Both the position numbers and the translations under genes were made by a program. Under the pieces are notes generated by a model, which worked only from the letters and a program-made list of their open reading frames with translations, was not told where the DNA came from and did not search any database. DNA of 63,973 bases, the filler included, from Anaerolineae bacterium (GTDB lineage Bacteria > Chloroflexota > Anaerolineae > Epilineales > Epilineaceae), in assembly GCA_029262755.1 (NCBI GenBank). It is 8 parts of 8 records of this genome, joined end to end, with 100 filler letters (N's around TTAATTAATTAA, not from the genome) between each part and the next. Parts side by side here need not be neighbours in the genome. Positions count along the whole stretch, not along the records: positions 23,018 to 43,429 come from JAJCYU010000375.1; positions 43,530 to 54,550 come from JAJCYU010000376.1; 6 more parts are not named here. One strand, 5' to 3'. Positions 41,460-50,431 of this stretch are shown one piece after another (position 1 is the stretch's first letter; each line of letters begins with the position of its first letter).

Positions 41460-41921
41460 CTATTCGGGTAATGGCCCGATGAACTCGATCCCATATTCGC
41501 GGCACGCCGCTTCGATCACCGAATCATCGATCTCCGCACGAACGCTCGGCAGGGAGATCGCCCGATAGAACTCCCCGTGCAGCGGGGTCGTGAGGATCAG
41601 ATAGCGCGCGGTCTCGGACTCGATGCGGAAGCCATGAACCGAGCCGCCGGGGATGTGAGCGAACGTGCCCGCCGTGCCCCGCACGGGAGGCTGATCGTCC
41701 ACAAAGAACGAGATCTCCCCATCCAGCACATAGAACGACTCCGCATCGTGCGTGTGGCGGTGCAGTGGGACGGCTACACCGCGCTCCGACTCTTCTTCGA
41801 CCAGCGCGAACGCTCCGTGGGTGAGGTCCCCTGTCGCAAGAAAGTGGGTCGCGATCGCGCCCATCCAGCGGACTTCGCTCTCCTTCGGCTGAACCACGTA
41901 CGCTCCCGAATGGGTACGCAT
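41460..41921 (-). CDS. Cupin domain protein (quercetinase-like)
   Basis: GGAGG SD; PLHRHTHDAESFYVLDG and IPGGSVHGF cupin motifs. Confidence 0.9.
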   Translation of the reverse strand: MRTHSGAYVVQPKESEVRWMGAIATHFLATGDLTHGAFALVEEESERGVAVPLHRHTHDAESFYVLDGEISFFVDDQPPVRGTAGTFAHIPGGSVHGFRIESETARYLILTTPLHGEFYRAISLPSVRAEIDDSVIEAACREYGIEFIGPLPE

Positions 41922-42097
41922 GTCACCTCCGGGGAAATGATCCCCAAGCTCGTGCCGTGAGCCGGCACGGTCCCGAACATGCGCTCCAGTGTATGCACTT
42001 GAAGCCTGTTTGAATCGTGTCCCCTACGAATCTCCGGACGGAGCATGATTCGCCCGCTCCAAGCGCGCTCGAAGGCACTGCATTCACAATCGCTCCC

Positions 42098-42901
42098 CTA
42101 CAACCCCGCGTACACATCGGGCTTCCGGTCCGCGAGGAAGCCGAAGCGCTCGCGCACCTCCGTCACGCGCGCCACGTCGACATCGCCGGCCATGACGGCC
42201 TCGGCGCCCGTGCATTCGGCGACCGTCGCGCCGAGCGGGTCGATGAGCGCCGAGTCGCCGGCGTAACTCAGACCGTCACCCTCGCCCACGCGGTTCACGC
42301 CGAGCAGCCAGGCCTGGTTCTCGATCGCGCGGGCGCGCAGCAACGTCCGCCACGCGTCGCGCCGGGCGTCCGGCCAGTTGGCGATCACGAGGTAGAGGTC
42401 CGTGCGCTCGGCCGCGATGCGGAAAGGCTCGGGGAAGCGCAGGTCGTAGCAGACGAGCGGGGTGACGCGCAGGCCTTCGACCTCGGCGGTGGGTAGCGTG
42501 GTGCCGCCATCGTAGTGCTCGTGTTCCCCGGCCAATGAAAAGGGATGGATCTTGTGATAGCGCAGGACCTCGTCGCCCGTCGGCGCGAAGATGCTGCATG
42601 CGTTGCGCGGTCGGCCGCTATCCGCGGCAGGTGAGCCTTCCTCGGGGCCAGGTGAATCGACGTAGCCGCCGGCCACCCAAAGTCCGTGGCGCACGGCGAT
42701 CTCGGCCATCGCGGCGCGGGTGCGCTCCGCGTGCTGCGCGGCGCGGACGGCGGACATCGTGAAGCCCGTGTTGAACATCTCGGGTAGGACGGCCATTCGC
42801 GCGCCGACCGCAACGGCACGGGCGGCAAGCGCATCGGCACGGGCAATGTTCGCGGCCGGGTCCTCCCACGCGATATCGAGCTGCAGGGCGGCAACGCGCA
42901 T
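42098..42901 (-). CDS. Carbon-nitrogen hydrolase (nitrilase superfamily, omega-amidase-like)
   Basis: LPEMF, YHKIH and VCYDLRFPE form the E-K-C triad; ARAIENQ and VNRVG. Confidence 0.93.
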   Translation of the reverse strand: MRVAALQLDIAWEDPAANIARADALAARAVAVGARMAVLPEMFNTGFTMSAVRAAQHAERTRAAMAEIAVRHGLWVAGGYVDSPGPEEGSPAADSGRPRNACSIFAPTGDEVLRYHKIHPFSLAGEHEHYDGGTTLPTAEVEGLRVTPLVCYDLRFPEPFRIAAERTDLYLVIANWPDARRDAWRTLLRARAIENQAWLLGVNRVGEGDGLSYAGDSALIDPLGATVAECTGAEAVMAGDVDVARVTEVRERFGFLADRKPDVYAGL

Positions 42902-43075
42902 GGAACACCTCGGTGCGTGGGGGAGGGAAGAAGTCGGGAGCGGCGGCGTTGCGCCGTTTCGAGTCGCCGAATCGATCACAGGCTCACGTGCGATCGGTTC
43001 GGATCCGCGAATCGCCGCCCATGATACGGGTTCCCGACGGCATCGCGACCGCCTACCTCGGTCGCGAGGGAGAAC

Positions 43076-43429
43076 CTACGCGTCCGCGACCACGTCCGAG
43101 TCGACGCCATCGCCAATGCCGTCGCCTCCACGGTTGCCGTCACTACGACCCTCGCCGTCGTCCACCGCGCCGGTCGTACCGGGCCTTCCACGCGGCGCCA
43201 ACATCGCGCCCAGACGTTGCAGCGTGCGGTCGACGGCTCGCGGGGCCAAGCGGTAGAACTTGGCGGCGCCGTCTTCGCGGCGCTCCGTGATCAGGCCCGA
43301 CGCGACGAGTTGGCGCAGGTGGCGGCTGGCGGCGCTGCTGCTGAGCTGGAACCGCTCCTGCAGCGTGGCGGTGGCGAGCTCGTCCTCCGCGGCCAGGGCG
43401 GCGAGGATGGCCAGGCGCGTATCGTCCGC
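43076..43429 (-). CDS. ArsR/SmtB-family winged-helix regulator domain, 5' truncated
   Basis: Not in the ORF track; hand translation ADDTRLAILAALAAEDEL...LSSSAASRHLRQLVASGLITERREDGAAKFYRL, TAG at 43076-43078. Confidence 0.8.
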   Translation of the reverse strand, partial: ADDTRLAILAALAAEDELATATLQERFQLSSSAASRHLRQLVASGLITERREDGAAKFYRLAPRAVDRTLQRLGAMLAPRGRPGTTGAVDDGEGRSDGNRGGDGIGDGVDSDVVADA

Positions 43430-43529
43430 NNNNNNNNNNNNNNNNNNNNNNNNNNNNNNNNNNNNNNNNNNNNTTAATTAATTAANNNNNNNNNNNNNNN
43501 NNNNNNNNNNNNNNNNNNNNNNNNNNNNN

Positions 43530-43739
43530 TGGGGCGCGGGGATCGCGCGCAGCGGCCGGTGCCGATGAGCGGCCGTCGACGAGGGAAGGAGATGGTCGAG
43601 GCTCTGCCGGCTGTTGCGGAGCAGGACCGATCGCGGACACGGTGCCTGCCGCCAGCCCTAGCGCGGCCCCGACGAGCAACGCGAGACGCTTGGCACGCCT
43701 TCGGCGGGGCGGCCCACCCGCGGGACGAGTTCGAAACAC
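43530..43739 (-). CDS. N-terminus of a secreted or membrane-anchored protein, 3' truncated
   Basis: RRRRAKRLALLVGAALGLAAGTVSA followed by a Pro-rich segment; start uncertain (GTG 43739 or ATG 43913). Confidence 0.5.
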
Positions 43740-44119
43740 CCCAGGTCTATGGACCTCTTTGTGGGGCGCGGCCCGCTGCCCGAGGTGCGGATGCCGGCAT
43801 GCGGACGGATCGTGGCTCAGTGCGCAGGGCGCATCGCAGCACGCAGCGAGATCCCGTCGCCCGCTCGCAGCGGAGGGACCGTGCAACTCGTCAGCCATCG
43901 GGAAGCTCGCCATGGCACCCAGGATAGTGGTGGCAGCGCGAAACTCTGCAATGAGCACCCGGTCGGTCGACGACCCATCGCCTGCCGGTTGCCGACCGTG
44001 CGCGGGGCTCGGTTGGCTGCCGATGCGATCCAAATGCGGAACAGGGACAGGAAGATGACGTCGGAAACGATCCGTACGAACCAGCCCCCGGGGTTTCGGT
44101 GCAGACCCCCGGCAACACG

Positions 44120-44153
44120 ACCGGGGCCGAGCGTGTTCGCGCTCGGCCCCGGT
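44120..44153. terminator. Strong hairpin downstream of the LPxTG cluster
   Basis: ACCGGGGCCGAGCG-TGTTCG-CGCTCGGCCCCGGT perfect 14-bp stem. Confidence 0.6.
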
Positions 44154-44263
44154 GCCAGGTCCCGAGGTGACCCGGGACGGTCGTTCGGCTCAACTCGGGA
44201 CCCCTCCCGAATCCCGCGTCGCGGTCCGGACCGCATAGAGCGGCCCGGACACGCGGCGCGGAT

Positions 44264-45442
44264 CTACGACCGTCGCCTTCGCTCCACGGCCAGGCCGATG
44301 AAGGCCAGCCCGCCGAGCAACGCTGCCAGGGTACCGAGCAGCGGCGCGGTCGGTAGGTCGGCGATGCCGGTGGCGGGCAAGCGGGGCGTCGCCCCGATCA
44401 TGCGACCGCCGGTGCCCTTGTGCACTGCGCCGCGGGTCAGGCCGAAGTCAATCCCCGACGTAATCCCGCCGTTGATGGAAACCATATAGGACTGCGGCGT
44501 GGTAATGGTCCACTCCGAGCCCGGCTCGATGAACACCCTGTACTCGCCCGGGCCGAGGCCGTCCCAGCTGAATCGGCCCGTGTGGTCCGTGATGTTCATC
44601 AACTCCAAACCACCACCATGCAACCGTGCTCCGACGTCGTTGAGACCGGGTTCGCCGGCGTCGATGCGGCCGTTGCCGTTCGTGTCGAGGAACGCGACAC
44701 CGCGAATCGAGCCGAGCTGACCCGGCGCGCTGCCGAACTTCCGGCTGAATTCCTTATGCTGGTCCGCACTGTCTTTCTTGTTGTCATCGTCGTCGTCATC
44801 GTCATCGTCGTCGTCGTCACCAGCACCCGGCGTAGCCGTCGGGATGTTGGACGTCGGCGCCGGCGTGATCGTCGGACCACCGGGTGTCACGGTGGGGCGG
44901 ATCGGCGTGGCCGTGGCGGACATCGCCGTCGGCGTGGCCGTCGGATCTGCTCCGCCGCCGGGGCACTCGTCGCTGACGTAGAAGTAGAAGTCCACGCGCG
45001 CGCCGCCCAGATCAAAGTCGTCGATGGTGAGGGTCTTGGAGGGAGCGTCGTTGAAGCAGCCGAGCCAACCCGAGGGGTCGTTGGCGATCTCGACCGTGTA
45101 GGTCTCTCCGTCGAGGAGCTCCATACCGATGAAGGTCGCGATCTGGATTGCGTCCCCGGCCGAGGAAGTGGTCAACGTGTCCACCTCGGAGCCGTTCATG
45201 AGAATCCGGACGTCGAAGGTCTGCAGCGGATTGCCCGCTGCGTAGGTCGTGTCTGCGACGTCCAAGTTTAGGTTGCAGACCGGGCAGAGAGGATCGTCGC
45301 TGCCACGGACGTCGACCTGACCCACGATGGTGATGTCGGCATTCTGCATTGTCGGTGCCGCGTCAACGCTGCCGGTCCAGAGACCGAGTGTAAACAGCGC
45401 TGCCGCCGCAAGTAGCACGAAGCGAGTGGATACCATGCGCAT
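44264..45442 (-). CDS. LPxTG-anchored surface protein 4 (CPxC module, poly-Asp, SdrD B-like domain)
   Basis: Signal peptide; CPVC; GSIRGVAFLDTNGNGRIDAGEPG; LPATG + hydrophobic helix + ERRRRS. Confidence 0.9.
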   Translation of the reverse strand: MRMVSTRFVLLAAAALFTLGLWTGSVDAAPTMQNADITIVGQVDVRGSDDPLCPVCNLNLDVADTTYAAGNPLQTFDVRILMNGSEVDTLTTSSAGDAIQIATFIGMELLDGETYTVEIANDPSGWLGCFNDAPSKTLTIDDFDLGGARVDFYFYVSDECPGGGADPTATPTAMSATATPIRPTVTPGGPTITPAPTSNIPTATPGAGDDDDDDDDDDDDNKKDSADQHKEFSRKFGSAPGQLGSIRGVAFLDTNGNGRIDAGEPGLNDVGARLHGGGLELMNITDHTGRFSWDGLGPGEYRVFIEPGSEWTITTPQSYMVSINGGITSGIDFGLTRGAVHKGTGGRMIGATPRLPATGIADLPTAPLLGTLAALLGGLAFIGLAVERRRRS

Positions 45443-45576
45443 GATGAACCGTCCTTTCGCTGCGGATTCGGGAGGTGCGGCGGGCGACACGAGGCGCCCC
45501 CACCGCGCTAGACGTCCCACGACGGCTTCCGGAAACGCCCGGTTTGCCGCCCATACGTGGGCTATCGGCGAAAACT

Positions 45577-47277
45577 TCAACTTCTGCGGCGCTCTGCGGC
45601 CAGCCCGACCATAGCCAGACCACCGAGCAATGCTGCCAACACGCCGAGCAGCGGCGCGGTCGGAAGATCTGCGATACCCGTGGAGGGCAGTCGCACCTGA
45701 TGGTTCTTCGCAGGCCGGTGAACCTGCGGCGCGGGCTTGCGCTTGGCAGCGAGGTCCGTATGCCGGATGAGACCGAAGTTCACGTTCGTCACGATGTCGC
45801 CCTCAACCGTCACCTTCCAAAGCTGCGGGGTCGTGATGAACCACTCCGCGCCGGGTTCGATGCTTACGTCGTACTCGCCGGCGCCAAGCGTACCGAAGTT
45901 GTACGCGCCGGTGCCGTCGGTGATGTAGTTCAGGTCAAGGCCGCCGCCGCGCAGGATGATGCGCAGGTCGTTCAGGCCCGGCTCGCCGGCTTCGAAGCGA
46001 CCGTTGGCGTTGCTGTCGATGAAGCCCATGCCCTTGATCTGGCCGAGGCCACTACCGCCGCCGGGGCCTGCGATACGGCCTACGCCACCACCGGCGCCCG
46101 GCGCGCCCATGCCGCCGCCGACCCGGCCACCCGTGCCGCCACCGCCGGGCGCGGGCGCTGCGCTACCCGCTCCGCCCCCACTACCGCCACCGCTGGAACC
46201 GGAGCCGCTACCACCGCCCGATCCACCGTTGTTGTCGTCATCATCATCGTCATCGTCGTCGCCCGAAGGCGGCTCCGACGGCGGCTGGGTCGGGACCACT
46301 GGCGGCGCAACGTTGGGGCAGAAGGGCTGCTTGTAGAAGTAGAAGTCGGCACGTGCGCTTCCCAGCTGGAAGTCTGAAGCCGCAATGACCTTGCGCGGCG
46401 CATCGTTGAAGCACAGCAGCCACTCGTCCGGAGACGCGACGAGCTCGACCGAATAGCTCGCGCCGGCGGAGAGCTCGGGCACGTCGAATGCGACCTGTTG
46501 AAGGTTGGCAAGGGCGCTGGTCTGACCGCGCGCTACCTCGCCGCCGGCGGCGTTGCGCACGACGAACTCCATCGGCGTCAACGGATCGCCCGTGGCGTAG
46601 TCATCGTCCCCGTCGTCCAGCTCGCCATTACAGGCCGGGCAACCAGGATCGGAGCCGCCGTCCACGTCCACGAAGGACACGACCAGCAACGACACGGTGT
46701 TGCCGCTTGGTACGGGAGTGGCGGTGGCGCCCGGAACGGGCGTCGCAACCGGAGACTGTGTTGCGCCGGCGCCGCCGGGGCACTCGGACTCGACGAAGAA
46801 GTAGAAGTCGACGCGCGCGGTGCCGAGGCTGAAATCGTCGAAGGGGATCGACTTGCTCGCCGGATCGTTGTCGCACCCAAGCCAGCCGGCGGGCGCCGCG
46901 GTCAGCTCGACCGTATAGCTATCCCCGTCATTGATCTCCGGCACCGTGAAGTCGATCGTCTGCAAAGAGTTGCCCGCGAAGGTGGAGTTGGCACGATCGA
47001 TCTCCGTGCCTCCACTGTCGCGCACGATCGCTTCAAACTCGGTGATGGCCATCGAGTCGCCGAAGGTCAGGTCCTCCGTATCCAGAGACAAATTGCATAC
47101 GGGGCACGTCGCGTCCGGACCGCCGGCTACGTCGATCTGGCCGACGACCGTGATGTCGAATGTATCCTGCGTAGCGGGCGCCGCGTCGACCGTATCTTGC
47201 AAGCCGACGGCGAGGCCCATTGCGAAGAGCAGCGCGGCCATGGCCGTTGCTCGAGGGATCGGGGATTTCCAGCTCAT
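45577..47277 (-). CDS. LPxTG-anchored surface protein 3 (two CPxC modules, poly-Asp/Gly, SdrD B-like domain)
   Basis: Signal peptide; CPVC and CPAC modules; FIDSNANGRFEAGEPG; LPSTG + hydrophobic helix + ERRRS; alternative coupled TTG start at 47424. Confidence 0.9.
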   Translation of the reverse strand: MSWKSPIPRATAMAALLFAMGLAVGLQDTVDAAPATQDTFDITVVGQIDVAGGPDATCPVCNLSLDTEDLTFGDSMAITEFEAIVRDSGGTEIDRANSTFAGNSLQTIDFTVPEINDGDSYTVELTAAPAGWLGCDNDPASKSIPFDDFSLGTARVDFYFFVESECPGGAGATQSPVATPVPGATATPVPSGNTVSLLVVSFVDVDGGSDPGCPACNGELDDGDDDYATGDPLTPMEFVVRNAAGGEVARGQTSALANLQQVAFDVPELSAGASYSVELVASPDEWLLCFNDAPRKVIAASDFQLGSARADFYFYKQPFCPNVAPPVVPTQPPSEPPSGDDDDDDDDDNNGGSGGGSGSGSSGGGSGGGAGSAAPAPGGGGTGGRVGGGMGAPGAGGGVGRIAGPGGGSGLGQIKGMGFIDSNANGRFEAGEPGLNDLRIILRGGGLDLNYITDGTGAYNFGTLGAGEYDVSIEPGAEWFITTPQLWKVTVEGDIVTNVNFGLIRHTDLAAKRKPAPQVHRPAKNHQVRLPSTGIADLPTAPLLGVLAALLGGLAMVGLAAERRRS

Positions 47278-47420
47278 GGTGGGCTTCCTTTCCTCGGTGG
47301 GGGTAAGGCTCTGGTGGGGCTTAAGCGTCGCTTGACGCGGGGTCAGGGAGATGGGTGGGCCAAGGTGTCGACGTTGCCGCCGACGTCGTCGCATCAAAAG
47401 GCTCAAGTTCATGCTCGGGT

Positions 47421-48710
47421 TCAAGGGCAAACCTCCTTCGCGCCGCGCTCGAGGACACCGCCTGCGAAGGCAAGGGCCGCGAGCGACAACGCCACGAACA
47501 GCAAGATACTTGGTGCGTTCGGAATCGAGCCGCCGGCGCCGGTAGCCGGCAGTCGCGGTAGTGCTTCACCGATCGGACCGGAGGCCGTGTCATTGGCCGA
47601 TGCTAGGCCGAAGTCGACATCGAGTGTCACATCCCCCGCAACCCGGATACGACGCCGGGTCGGGGTTGTCACCCGCCACTCGGCTCCTGGCTCGACGAAA
47701 AGCTCGTAGTCGCCCGCACCCAAGGCGTCGAAGCCGTACTCGCCCGGCGCGCCGGTAACCAAGGTCAACTGCAGGCCGCCGCCGTGCAGGTTGACGCCCA
47801 CGTCCGACATGCCCAACTCGTCCGCGTCACGAAGGCCGTCGTTGTTGGCATCGAGGAAGGCCCGGCCGCGGATGGATCCCAAGCGACCCTCGGCGTCGCG
47901 GTGTGTTCCTTCGGCGAACGCGGAGCGTGCATCGGGTGCAGCGTCAACGGGACGTTCGTGGTAGTGGCGACTCGCGTCGTCGTGTGTCGGAGCGTCGCTG
48001 TCCCGTTCCGCCCGACCATCGTCGTCGCGTGCGTCGGCGGGCGTTGCCTGCGGCGCGTCGATCGGAACGCTCGGCGCCAGCGTCGGCGCTGGATTCGGCG
48101 TCGCCGTCGCCTCGGGAGCCGCGAGGGTGGGCAGCGCAGTGGAAGGAGCATCCGGGGCAACGGGCGCGAGGTCGCGCTCGCAGCCGGCGTAGAAGCGCCA
48201 CGTGAGCCGCACGCCGTCGCCGCCGACATCGGCGCGCCCGAAGCTGCGTTGCATCTGGTCATCGAAGCACAACATCCATCGGTCCGGCTGCGCGCGCAGC
48301 TCGACGCGAAAACGCTCGTCCGCGAGCGGCTCGCGAACCGACAGCCGCGCGGTTTGAAGGCCACCGAGCAACGATGTGGCTGCGTGCGCCAACTCCATTC
48401 CCTGCGCGTCCAGGACGGCCACGTCGAGGGCCGGCAGTGGGTTCGCCAACGCGAAAGCCTCGTCGGCGTCGCCGTATGCGCCGTCGCAGGCCGGGCACGC
48501 AGGATCGCCACCGCCCGAAACATCGACGAAACCAACCACGATGACGTCCACGGAACCGGGCGCCTGCATCGCCGGGGAGGCCTCGGCCTGCATTGGGGCA
48601 AGCAAGCCGAGCGCGACGGCCAGGCCGAAGCCCCCGCAGAGCCCCGGAAGACCAGGAGAGGCGGACGGGCGGCGGAAACGAAGCCGGAAACTGCGTCGCA
48701 CGCGCATCAT
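47421..48710 (-). CDS. LPxTG-anchored surface protein 2 (CPxC module, SdrD B-like domain)
   Basis: Signal peptide; CPAC; FLDANNDGLRDADELG; LPATG + hydrophobic helix; ATGA overlap with the upstream gene. Confidence 0.88.
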   Translation of the reverse strand: MMRVRRSFRLRFRRPSASPGLPGLCGGFGLAVALGLLAPMQAEASPAMQAPGSVDVIVVGFVDVSGGGDPACPACDGAYGDADEAFALANPLPALDVAVLDAQGMELAHAATSLLGGLQTARLSVREPLADERFRVELRAQPDRWMLCFDDQMQRSFGRADVGGDGVRLTWRFYAGCERDLAPVAPDAPSTALPTLAAPEATATPNPAPTLAPSVPIDAPQATPADARDDDGRAERDSDAPTHDDASRHYHERPVDAAPDARSAFAEGTHRDAEGRLGSIRGRAFLDANNDGLRDADELGMSDVGVNLHGGGLQLTLVTGAPGEYGFDALGAGDYELFVEPGAEWRVTTPTRRRIRVAGDVTLDVDFGLASANDTASGPIGEALPRLPATGAGGSIPNAPSILLFVALSLAALAFAGGVLERGAKEVCP

Positions 48711-50113
48711 CGAAGCACGTGCCCTTCGCGCCGTCGCCGCCGCCCACGCTCGCTGACACCGCCGATCAAACCGAGCAGGCCGGCTGCTAGCGCGATCGAG
48801 AGAAGCACGGGCCGTGCGCCTAGATTCGCCAGACCGGTCGACGGCAATCCGCCCATCGGAAGATCCATCATGCGCATGTCTGCCGCCGAATGCTCGAGGA
48901 ACGGATCTCGCGCAAAGGGCGAGCCTGCCCCGACCAGCGCGAAGTCAACGCCGCGGAGATCGCGATCGGCTACGGCGAGTCGTGCGTACCGACCCGGACC
49001 CAAGGCATCGAGCCCGGCAGGCACGTCAATCTGGACGTCAAACGCCAGACCCAAGAGCCCGTGCACGCTGTAGTCACCGTTATCATCGGTCGTCGTGCTG
49101 TGCGCGCCCGTCTCGCCGGCGACGTGCACGACCACGCCCGAAAGGCCGAGCTCGCCGGCATCGTGCTGTGCGTTGCCGTTGGCGTCCTCGAAGAGCGTGC
49201 CTTGCACCGATCCGCCCGGCTCACCGTCCGTCGAGTCCAGACGGGGTCGTGCGTCGCGGGTTGCGGCGGAAGACGTGGCTGCCGCAGACCCGTCCGTCGT
49301 TGCGTCGACTTCGTCGGCTGCCATGCTCGCGTCCGCATCGTCACTCGCAGACGAAGCGCTAACTGCTTGATCCGTTGCCGCTCCAGAGAAATCGTGGTTG
49401 ATTGCAGCAGCAGCGAGCTCGCTCAGCGCATCACCCTCTACCAGCAGCGACTCGTCTTCCTGGGCGATGCTGGAATCCGCAGCCGTCTTCGAGGCCGTGT
49501 CGTCGTTGGACTCGCCCAAGGGCTCTTGCGTGGGCTCTTCTGAGCCGGACGACTCGCCTTGTTGCGGGGCCGTTGAGGCTGCGACATCGGCGGCCAGGGC
49601 TTCGCCCGGCGGTCGGCAGGTCGGGCCAAAGCCCACGCTGAAGCGGGCCTGACCGTCCTCGAAGTCGGAGGCGCCTAGTTCGAACTCATCGTCCATCTCG
49701 GGGCACAAATTCCAACCGTTGGGCGTCCCGGCGATACGAATCGTCACAAGCTCCGGCCCGTCGAGCTCGAAGACAACCTGCTGGCGGCCCTCGCTCATGG
49801 CGCGTGACGCGAGCGTTTGAACGGTGCCGTCCGCGCTTTCGAGCGAGAACTCGATCGTCGGCAGCGGCTGTTCTTCGGCCAGCAGGGCATCGCCGGCCCG
49901 AAACGCTCCGTCGCAGCCGGGACAGTCCGGCCAATGCGCGCCTTCGCCCGCCAGGTCAGGGTACGCGTCGACGACTACGGTGGCTCCCGGCGCATCCTGT
50001 CCGACCGCACGCGAACCCGAGGTGCCGAAGCGCCCGACGCCGAGTGCAACGACGGCGAACAGGGCGGGCAGCAGGAGCATGCGGTTGATCTGGCGGGGCG
50101 TAGGTGCGTACAT
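48707..50113 (-). CDS. LPxTG-anchored surface protein 1 (CPxC module, acidic linker, SdrD B-like domain)
   Basis: Signal peptide; CPGC; FEDANGNAQHDAGELG; LPSTG + hydrophobic helix + ERGRRRRR. Confidence 0.88.
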   Translation of the reverse strand: MYAPTPRQINRMLLLPALFAVVALGVGRFGTSGSRAVGQDAPGATVVVDAYPDLAGEGAHWPDCPGCDGAFRAGDALLAEEQPLPTIEFSLESADGTVQTLASRAMSEGRQQVVFELDGPELVTIRIAGTPNGWNLCPEMDDEFELGASDFEDGQARFSVGFGPTCRPPGEALAADVAASTAPQQGESSGSEEPTQEPLGESNDDTASKTAADSSIAQEDESLLVEGDALSELAAAAINHDFSGAATDQAVSASSASDDADASMAADEVDATTDGSAAATSSAATRDARPRLDSTDGEPGGSVQGTLFEDANGNAQHDAGELGLSGVVVHVAGETGAHSTTTDDNGDYSVHGLLGLAFDVQIDVPAGLDALGPGRYARLAVADRDLRGVDFALVGAGSPFARDPFLEHSAADMRMMDLPMGGLPSTGLANLGARPVLLSIALAAGLLGLIGGVSERGRRRRREGHVLR

Positions 50114-50218
50114 GGTTGGTTGGCCTCGCAGCCGAGTGCGTAGCGACTCGTTTCGGGGCGCGGAGCGAATCGATACTCGTGCGCGCCGAATTGGATCCAA
50201 GGTTGTGAAGTGCAGCCA

Positions 50219-50431
50219 GTTATTTTTGTGTTTAGATAGATTATCCACAAACCCTAGGGCTTCGTCAAGACATTCAAGCGAATTGGCCGGTAGAAGCGTG
50301 TTGTCTTTGCCGGCCGAGTTGTGCGCTCGAGACCTGAACCACCCCCAGTCGCTTCTCCGCCATGCCTCGCGTTGGAGCGGTGATCCGCGACTGCCGTGCT
50401 AAACAAAAGAATAACTAAACACAATAATAAC
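50219..50431. promoter_or_regulatory. Three copies of the 17-bp motif CTAAACAcAAnAATAAC upstream of the LPxTG cluster
   Basis: 50219-50235 (minus strand, CTAAACACAAAAATAAC), 50399-50415 (CTAAACAAAAGAATAAC) and 50415-50431 (CTAAACACAATAATAAC). Confidence 0.65.

Noticed and set aside
43740..44263. Known riboswitch (c-di-GMP I/II, c-di-AMP) in this intergenic region
   Set aside because: I could not match the conserved aptamer cores by eye; an Rfam scan is needed
44960..49980. CxxC motifs as c-type heme sites (multiheme nanowire)
   Set aside because: None is followed by His (CPVCN, CPACN, CPACD, CPGCD)
50241..50249. oriC, suggested by the perfect DnaA box TTATCCACA
   Set aside because: Only one box was seen, with no box cluster and no dnaA/dnaN nearby; kept only as a possible regulatory site
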